Assembly (NCBI GenBank): GCA_934167875.1
Contig: CAKPMC010000004.1
Coordinates: 21,214 to 85,213 of the forward strand
Direction of reading: 5' to 3'
Length of the DNA stretch: 64,000 nt
Origin: an uncultured Bacilli bacterium
GTDB taxonomy: Bacteria > Bacillota_I > Bacilli_A > RF39 > UBA660
This document shows, piece by piece, positions 58,023 through 64,000 of the stretch. The translations under genes were made by a program, and so were the position numbers. Numbering within the stretch: position 1 is the stretch's first letter; each line of letters starts with the position of its first letter. The notes under the pieces are model-generated. The model ran no database searches. It had not been told where the DNA came from and saw only the letters and a program-made list of their open reading frames with translations.

Positions 58023-59165
58023 ATGAACGAAACTATAAATAGAAAAGACTTAATAGTGATGAAATTACTTCATTATTTTATAACAGAAAGAAATTATAGT
58101 CCCATTATTCTTCAAGGTGCTGAAGATGAAATATGGTTAGAAAATTTAAATGATGATAAATACCAAATAGTTCGTGTTGTTTCTAACTATATTCATAATG
58201 ATGAACAATTAGATTTTGACTTATATAAAACTAAACGTATTGTATCAAAAATAAAGAAGAAAACTTTCTCATTTAGTATGAATGTTTTAACACTATATAC
58301 GGATCTTGGTGATAATGTTAATTTAGATAAAATTACTAACATGGATTGTGCTTACATCTATGATGAAAATGATATTGAAAAGTATAAATTTATTACAGAA
58401 CATTATAAAAAAATAAAAGAGAAATTAATTTTTACTGAAGAAGGACTACAATTATTTATAAAAATCACTAATGATATAAATCAAAAAAATAAATTAGAAG
58501 CTGAAAAAGCAGAAGAAGTATTTAAAAAGAAAAAACCAATTATTACTTATACCTTAATTACTTTAAATGTTTTAATCTATTTATTATCTATATTATTTGG
58601 TAATTATAATGAAATATTAAATAAGTTTTGTTTATATGGACCAAGTATTAGAAACTATGGAGAATATTATCGTTTAATTACTAGTGGTTTTCTACATGGT
58701 AATATCATTCATTTAGTATTTAACTGTTATGCTTTATATATTATTGGTAGTCAAATAGAAAGTACCATGGGTAAAACAAAATTTACTATTATCTATTTTT
58801 TCTCATTACTTATGGGAAACTTAACTTCAATTACTTTTAATAATTATCCAAGTATTGGTGCTAGTGGAGCTATCTTTGGTTTAATGGGAAGCTTATTATA
58901 TTTCGGTTATCATTATCGTATATATTTAGGTAGTACATTAAAAAGTCAAATTGTTCCTCTAATTTTAATCAATTTATTATATGGAGCATTAGATAGTAAT
59001 ATTGATAATTTTGCCCATATAGGTGGATTAATTGGTGGATTTATAATAACTATGGCCTTAGGAGTAAAATTTAAGAGCCAAAAAAGTGAAAAAATTAATG
59101 GTACAATAGTTTCCATAATCATTACTTGCTTTATGATATACATGGCTTTATTTATAGAGAGATAG
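58023..59165 (+). CDS. rhomboid-family intramembrane serine protease with ~180-aa N-terminal cytoplasmic extension
   Basis: GASGAIFGLMG (GxSG) and AHIGGLIGG (His) in TM helices. Confidence 0.8.
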   Translation: MNETINRKDLIVMKLLHYFITERNYSPIILQGAEDEIWLENLNDDKYQIVRVVSNYIHNDEQLDFDLYKTKRIVSKIKKKTFSFSMNVLTLYTDLGDNVNLDKITNMDCAYIYDENDIEKYKFITEHYKKIKEKLIFTEEGLQLFIKITNDINQKNKLEAEKAEEVFKKKKPIITYTLITLNVLIYLLSILFGNYNEILNKFCLYGPSIRNYGEYYRLITSGFLHGNIIHLVFNCYALYIIGSQIESTMGKTKFTIIYFFSLLMGNLTSITFNNYPSIGASGAIFGLMGSLLYFGYHYRIYLGSTLKSQIVPLILINLLYGALDSNIDNFAHIGGLIGGFIITMALGVKFKSQKSEKINGTIVSIIITCFMIYMALFIER

Positions 59166-59180
59166 TTCTCTCTTTTTCTT
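59156..59180 (+). terminator. rho-independent terminator after rhomboid gene
   Basis: agagaga-tagt-tctctct followed by TTTTCTTT. Confidence 0.55.
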
Positions 59181-59234
59181 TACACTAATATCAAAATGAG
59201 TTAAAATTAAATTAGTAAAATAGGAGGAAGTAAT

Positions 59235-61136
59235 ATGATATGTAAAGCCAGAAAACAAGCATTCACATTAATAGAAATGTTAGTAGTTATAGTAATAATT
59301 GGTATATTATTAGCTATAGTAATTCCATCAGTATCAGCAATTATTAGTAATCGTAGTAAAAAACTATATAAAACCCATATGGAATTAGTCGAAAAAGCAA
59401 CAACATTGTATGCTGATCAATATAAAGGTGAATTATTAGCCGATGATACTAGTTGTTTTCTAATTAATTATACTAATCTTTTAAATGATAATTTAATTAA
59501 AGAAGATGAAATAAAGTGTGAAGGTTATATTGTTTTGGAGAAAAGCGGTAATAATAAAAGTTTAAATTCAAGTTATTACTTAACTTGTGTTGATAAAAGC
59601 AATAATAAATTAAGTAATAGTAACAATGTACCAACAGGATGTAAAGGCTTTAATGGTAAATTTAAAATGGAATATGCTATATATAAAGATAGTAATCATA
59701 CCATTACATATGATGGCACTGAATATGTAAAGGATGCCTATTTAGTATTAAATGCCAAGAGTCCTTATAATGTTCCAATATCATATTATGAATATAATTT
59801 AGGTACTGATGGTAATTGGACTAAAATAGAATCAAATATTAATCTAAGTACAATTGATAATTTAAAAAATTATACTGGTAGTATTCATATAAGGGCAGTA
59901 GATCAAGAAATGAACACTTCTACTGATAAGGTTTTAAATATAAAAATGGATAATGCTGGGCCTAATTTTAATACTAATACAACAGGTTCATATTTAGAAA
60001 AAGAAATGACTATAAATGATGTTAAAGATAATGGAATAGGTTTATTAGCAGATAACCCATATTCATTTGATGGTGGCAATACTTGGGTAAATTATTCAAG
60101 TAATAAATATGTTGAAGATACTACGGTTAATGTTTGTGTAAAAGATAAGTTAAATAATATTAATTGTAAACAAGTAATAATTTCTGGTATAGATAGGGTG
60201 GTTCCAACTATTAATGCTAAAGCAAGTGAAACCAAAATACTTAATACTGATAGTAATAAAGTAACTGATTATTTTAATATAAAATATGGTAATAGTGGTG
60301 GAAACACAGTATGTAAAGTTGGTACTAAAGTAGTTAATAATGTAAATGAACTTACTTTAGGTATTAATACTGTTACTTGTACAGCTACTGGTAATAATGG
60401 CTTGACTAGTTCTGCTACTACTAAATTTATTCATCAGTACTATGCTGATAGTAAATGTAGTCAGGGAAAATTGGATAGTAAGAAAACTACTTGTAGTTAT
60501 TCAGTAAAAACAGGAACTAAAACAACGTATAATTGTAATAGTTATCCGGGGTATACATTAAGTGGAGGTAATTGTGTTAAAACAACTACAGTAACAAATA
60601 CTGATACTAAAGAGGCTACATGTACTTTATATAAATCATGTACATTATATAGTTACAGTGGTTCCGGCGTATGTACAGATGGTGGAACAAAATCAGCTTC
60701 ATATGGTTATAGCTATACTAGTGCGGCACTTGCAAAAAGCTCTTGTGAAAATAAAATTTATGCCTTATGTAATACTAAGGTTAAAAGTACTCATTGTACT
60801 ACAAATTCTAAAACAGGAAGACAATCAGGATGTGGTACTGAATCTGCATCTGGTTCTGCCTGTGCCAATGCTGGTAGTAAGAAGTGTCCAGATGGTTATA
60901 CAATGAGTGGGACTACTTGTACCAAAACTACTACTACAACTCAAACGGATACTAAGCAGGCTACCTCAGTAACAGAAGATGTTTATAATACCACATATTA
61001 TATGCCAACATATTCATGTCCAACAACAGGAACTAATACAAGTACTAATACTACAGTTTCTCCTGAGTTAGGTACTGTTAGCTGTCCTGGTAATAAATGT
61101 AGTTCAGTTCCACTTTGTACTTTTAAGGAGAATTAA
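59235..61136 (+). CDS. large type IV pilin-like protein (prepilin-type N-terminal methylation domain) with Cys/Thr-rich repeated C-terminal modules
   Basis: N-terminus MICKARKQA/FTLIEMLVVIVIIGILLAIVIP is a class-III signal with Glu at +5, but with Ala rather than Gly at -1. The C-terminus contains a repeated motif GYT[LM]SG..C.KTTT.T.TDTK.AT. Confidence 0.65.
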   Translation: MICKARKQAFTLIEMLVVIVIIGILLAIVIPSVSAIISNRSKKLYKTHMELVEKATTLYADQYKGELLADDTSCFLINYTNLLNDNLIKEDEIKCEGYIVLEKSGNNKSLNSSYYLTCVDKSNNKLSNSNNVPTGCKGFNGKFKMEYAIYKDSNHTITYDGTEYVKDAYLVLNAKSPYNVPISYYEYNLGTDGNWTKIESNINLSTIDNLKNYTGSIHIRAVDQEMNTSTDKVLNIKMDNAGPNFNTNTTGSYLEKEMTINDVKDNGIGLLADNPYSFDGGNTWVNYSSNKYVEDTTVNVCVKDKLNNINCKQVIISGIDRVVPTINAKASETKILNTDSNKVTDYFNIKYGNSGGNTVCKVGTKVVNNVNELTLGINTVTCTATGNNGLTSSATTKFIHQYYADSKCSQGKLDSKKTTCSYSVKTGTKTTYNCNSYPGYTLSGGNCVKTTTVTNTDTKEATCTLYKSCTLYSYSGSGVCTDGGTKSASYGYSYTSAALAKSSCENKIYALCNTKVKSTHCTTNSKTGRQSGCGTESASGSACANAGSKKCPDGYTMSGTTCTKTTTTTQTDTKQATSVTEDVYNTTYYMPTYSCPTTGTNTSTNTTVSPELGTVSCPGNKCSSVPLCTFKEN

Positions 61137-61137
61137 T

Positions 61138-61620
61138 ATGAAAAAGAAAACTAAGTTAGTTGCTTTGATTTTAATAGTATTAGCAATTTTATTAATAGTA
61201 TTAGGAATTGTTTTAAATAATAAAAAAACAGATAATTCACCTAGCGATAATAACAAAACTAACGATAATATTACTCCTAAATTAGGAATAGTTGTATGTA
61301 CAAGAAATGCTGATGATAATGATAATTTCACTTATATAGAAGAAGATACTATAAATAGTGATAAAGATGGTAATTTTACTAATGATGTTAGTAAACAGAT
61401 ATATAAGTATAAAGATGAAAATGTTTATCAGCAACTTAAAAATGGCCAAATTGATTTAAATGATGGTACTGAAATATCATATAATGATTCAGAAAAAGCA
61501 ATTATATATACTAAAATAATAACAGATGTTTATAATAGTAAAAATGAAAAAGTTGATATAACGATAAAAGAATATCAAGAGGCATTAGAAAATAATGACT
61601 ATACATGTGTAGAAAAATAA
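61138..61620 (+). CDS. small N-terminally anchored extracytoplasmic protein, unknown function
   Basis: TM MKKKTKLVALILIVLAILLIVLGIVL followed by an Asn/Asp-rich domain. The start is 2 nt after the pilin-like gene stop. Confidence 0.45.
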   Translation: MKKKTKLVALILIVLAILLIVLGIVLNNKKTDNSPSDNNKTNDNITPKLGIVVCTRNADDNDNFTYIEEDTINSDKDGNFTNDVSKQIYKYKDENVYQQLKNGQIDLNDGTEISYNDSEKAIIYTKIITDVYNSKNEKVDITIKEYQEALENNDYTCVEK

Positions 61621-61651
61621 ACCATTAAATGAAATTGATTTAAATAATGAT

Positions 61652-61680
61652 TAACTTGTTAGTGATAACAAGTTTTTATT
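61652..61680 (+). terminator. rho-independent terminator
   Basis: taacttgtta-gtga-taacaagttt followed by TTATT. Confidence 0.6.
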
Positions 61681-61737
61681 ATAATTAAATTGAAAAAAAA
61701 CACTTAACATGTTATCATATTATCATGAGGTGATAAT

Positions 61738-61983
61738 ATGGATTCAAACACAACCCTATATTCGGTAGAAGAGTTTAATAATGCTTCTGTAGAAATTATA
61801 TTAGAAGAAGTTTCTCTAGCATTAAAAGAAAAAGGTTATGATGCTATTAATCAATTAGTTGGTTATTTAATGTCTGGTGATCCTGGTTATATTTCATCTT
61901 ATAAAAATGCTAGAAATAAAATTACTAGTATTGATCGTAGTAAAATTCTTGAATTTTTGCTTCATAAGTCTCTAGGTGAGTAA
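61738..61983 (+). CDS. ireB: IreB-family (UPF0297/DUF965) regulatory protein
   Basis: 81 aa with GYLMSGDPGYISSYKNARNKI. Conserved gene order ireB-ruvX-DUF1292-mltG as in Bacillus yrzL-yrrK-yrzB-yrrL. Confidence 0.8.
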   Translation: MDSNTTLYSVEEFNNASVEIILEEVSLALKEKGYDAINQLVGYLMSGDPGYISSYKNARNKITSIDRSKILEFLLHKSLGE

Positions 61984-61984
61984 T

Positions 61985-62401
61985 ATGAGATACTTAGGGC
62001 TTGATTTAGGTACCAAAACACTTGGCTTAGCATTATCAGATCAGTTAGGAATGATAGCTACTAGCTACAAAATATTAAGACATAACGAAGATTATGATAG
62101 TTTAATTCCTATGCTTAAAGAAGTAGTAGAAGATAACGATGTAAAAGCCTTAGTATTAGGATTACCTAAAAATATGAATAATTCAATAGGTGAAAGAGGC
62201 GAAATAGCTTTAAAATTTAAAGAAAAACTAGAAAGTGCCTTCAATTTACCAGTTTATATGCAAGATGAAAGACTTACTACCAGACAAGCAGAAAATCTAT
62301 TAATTTCAAATGATACAAGTAGAAAAAAGAGAAAAAAGGTAATAGATAGCCTAGCAGCTACGATTATACTTCAAAGTTATTTAGATAGAAGGGAAAAATA
62401 A
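61985..62401 (+). CDS. ruvX: Holliday-junction resolvase-like / pre-16S rRNA nuclease YqgF
   Basis: MRYLGLDLGTKTLGLALSD N-terminus. AGGTGAG RBS. Confidence 0.85.
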   Translation: MRYLGLDLGTKTLGLALSDQLGMIATSYKILRHNEDYDSLIPMLKEVVEDNDVKALVLGLPKNMNNSIGERGEIALKFKEKLESAFNLPVYMQDERLTTRQAENLLISNDTSRKKRKKVIDSLAATIILQSYLDRREK

Positions 62402-62402
62402 T

Positions 62403-62729
62403 ATGAAAGAAAATACTTTTAAAATGATTACTGAAGATGGACAAGAAGTTACTTGTAATGTCTTATTTACTTTTGATAGTGAGGAAACTAAAAAAAGTTA
62501 TATAGCTTATACCGATAATACTTATGAAGCTGATGGTAGTATTAAAGCTTATGCTGCTGTATACCATCCAGAGGATTTAAATAAAGGATTCGAACCAATT
62601 GAAACAGAAAAAGAATGGAAGGTAGTAGAAACAATTCTTCAAACAATTCAAGAAGAAGTTCGTAATAAAATGAATCAAAGTAGTACTGATAATAATACTG
62701 ATAGTGAAGGAACAAGTAGCGAGCAATAA
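62403..62729 (+). CDS. DUF1292 (YrzB-like) protein
   Basis: 108 aa and acidic. Sits at the conserved position between ruvX and mltG. Confidence 0.7.
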   Translation: MKENTFKMITEDGQEVTCNVLFTFDSEETKKSYIAYTDNTYEADGSIKAYAAVYHPEDLNKGFEPIETEKEWKVVETILQTIQEEVRNKMNQSSTDNNTDSEGTSSEQ

Positions 62730-62753
62730 AGCTCGTTATTTGTTGTCAATGCT

Positions 62754-63833
62754 ATGAAAACATTTCGTAATGTTGCCTTAGGTATACTAATTAGTACTAC
62801 TATAATTATTATAGGTTGTTGCCTTTTTTATAATCATCAATTATCAGCAGTAAGTAATTCAACTGAGATTATTGAAATAGAAATTCCTAATAAGACTAGT
62901 ACAAAAGGAATTGCTACAATTTTAAAAGAAAAGAAATTAATTCGTGATGAAAAAATATTTTTAATTTATGTTAAGTTAATGAAAGCAAATAATATGAAAG
63001 CCGGTTATTATGATTTCACACCTAATATGGGCGTAAAAAAAATAGTTGAAGCTCTTCAAAATGGTTCTAAAAAGAATCCAAATGAAATAGAAATTACTTT
63101 CAAAGAGGGTATTACTATGCGTGATATAGCTAAAGTAATATCAACAAATACTAATAATACCTATGATGAAGTTATAGAAAAATCAAACGACACAACATAT
63201 ATTGATTCACTAATAAAAAAATATTGGTTTATTACTGATGATATAAAAAATAATGATATTTATTATAAATTAGAAGGATATTTATTTCCTGATACCTATC
63301 GTTTTAATAATAAAGACGTTAGTGTAGAAGAAATATTTAATAAAATGATTAATGAAATGTCAACGGTATTAGAACCATACAAGAAAGATATAGAAAAAAG
63401 TAATTTGTCAATTCATGAGATATTAACTTTAGCTAGTATGGTAGAAAAAGAAGCGGCTACTGAATCAGTTAGAGGACAGGTAGCAAGTGTATTTATAAAT
63501 CGTATTAAAAGAGGTATGAGTCTAGGTAGTGATGTAACTACTCGTTATGCTTTTAAAATAGATAACCCTAAACAAGTGCTTACAAAAGTTCAATATAATA
63601 CTAGGAATCCATATAATACTAGAATAACGGATGGTAGTATGAATGGTAAATTACCAGTAGGACCTATTTGTGCATTGTCTAAGTCAAGCATTAAAGCTAG
63701 TGTTTACCCAGATAATACTGATTATTTATATTTTATAGCTAATATTAAAACTCTCGAAACCTTCTTCTATAGTAATTCGAGTGGTTTCGAACAAAAGAAA
63801 AATGAGCTTCAAAGTGTAAACGGAGGATTTTAA
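62754..63833 (+). CDS. mltG: endolytic murein transglycosylase MltG (YceG family)
   Basis: N-terminal TM, a LysM-like region, and YceG motifs (LEGYLFPDTYRF, ASMVEKEA). Confidence 0.85.
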   Translation: MKTFRNVALGILISTTIIIIGCCLFYNHQLSAVSNSTEIIEIEIPNKTSTKGIATILKEKKLIRDEKIFLIYVKLMKANNMKAGYYDFTPNMGVKKIVEALQNGSKKNPNEIEITFKEGITMRDIAKVISTNTNNTYDEVIEKSNDTTYIDSLIKKYWFITDDIKNNDIYYKLEGYLFPDTYRFNNKDVSVEEIFNKMINEMSTVLEPYKKDIEKSNLSIHEILTLASMVEKEAATESVRGQVASVFINRIKRGMSLGSDVTTRYAFKIDNPKQVLTKVQYNTRNPYNTRITDGSMNGKLPVGPICALSKSSIKASVYPDNTDYLYFIANIKTLETFFYSNSSGFEQKKNELQSVNGGF

Positions 63834-63835
63834 AA

Positions 63836-64000
63836 TGAATACAACTTATGCAGATATTAGAGAAATAAAAAAATATGCGCTTGATAATAAAGTACCAATT
63901 ATGGTAGATGCAGGAATTGACTATTTAACTACCTTTATTATCAAACATCAAATAAATAGCGTATTAGAAATTGGAACAGCCATTGGTTATTCTGCTATAA
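63836..64000 (+). CDS. SAM-dependent O-methyltransferase (YrrM-like), 5' part; gene continues beyond window
   Basis: MNTTYADIREIKKYALDNKVPIMVDAGIDYLTTFIIKHQINSVLEIGTAIGYSA. Synteny with yrrL(mltG)-yrrM. Confidence 0.6.

Noticed and set aside
58023-59165. Long N-terminal extension on the rhomboid protease flagged as unusual
   Set aside because: Bacillus-type rhomboids (YqgP/GluP) commonly have N-terminal cytoplasmic extensions, so this is ordinary.
60658-60906. 82-aa ORF in an alternative frame inside the pilin-like gene
   Set aside because: Lies within the Thr/Cys-repeat coding region. The repeats keep other frames open by chance.
1-64000. Possibility that TGA encodes Trp (Mollicutes-like code 4), given the very low GC
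   Set aside because: Many well-supported genes terminate precisely at TGA with a coupled downstream start (for example 5086 and 43249). Read-through frames hit further stops quickly. Cell-wall genes (mltG, LtaS, sortases) argue against a wall-less Mollicute.
1-64000. CRISPR arrays, tRNA or rRNA genes
   Set aside because: No regularly spaced direct repeats and no cloverleaf-like GC-rich intergenic segments were seen. All larger intergenic regions were inspected (5961-6560, 8356-8636, 20227-20332, 23423-23527, 50836-50921, 52406-52554, 53732-53880, 55696-55810, 61621-61737).

Overview
This window is AT-rich (about 25% GC) Firmicutes-type chromosome using the standard genetic code. Genes are densely packed, nearly all on the + strand, with strong GGAGG-type ribosome-binding sites. 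Three parts can be distinguished.

(1) 0.3-20.2 kb is a cell-envelope polysaccharide or teichoic-acid-like biosynthesis locus. It encodes an LtaS-family sulfatase-domain protein, a Wzy/ligase-like membrane protein, several GT2/GT4 glycosyltransferases, a TagH/TagG-like ABC-2 exporter, a CsaB-like pyruvyl transferase, a GT-C-like membrane protein, galE and an OatA-like acyltransferase. The locus is interrupted by glmS with its upstream glmS ribozyme and by a remnant of an Rpn/YhgA-family nuclease gene.

(2) 20.3-53.7 kb is an accessory island. It begins with a sortase-anchored adhesin with Cna-B-like domains and a single Cys, two class-B-like sortases, a CxxC thioredoxin lipoprotein and a 972-aa secreted protein with about 40 Cys. 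It continues with a complete Tad/Flp-type pilus machinery (CpaB, CpaF/TadA ATPase, TadB, TadC, pilin and pseudopilin-like proteins, and a TadZ-like protein with a degenerate P-loop). Immediately after that comes a Gram-positive-type T4SS conjugation-like module: a VirB2-like small protein, a paralogous fusion of that protein, a VirB6-like protein, a VirB3-like protein, a VirB4 ATPase split into two ORFs, a SpoIID+NlpC/P60 cell-wall hydrolase, a lipoprotein and a VirD4-type coupling protein. No relaxase, integrase or replication gene is recognisable. The island ends with rhodanese, VanZ/RDD and a partially duplicated Rpn-family nuclease gene.

(3) 53.8-64 kb is core housekeeping: typA/bipA, lspA, rluD, a rhomboid protease, an orphan 633-aa type-IV-pilin-like protein, ireB, ruvX, DUF1292, mltG and the start of a yrrM-like O-methyltransferase gene.

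The main lead is the physical coupling of a Tad pilus system with a T4SS conjugation-like apparatus and sortase/adhesin genes in one island that lacks recognisable DNA-processing genes.
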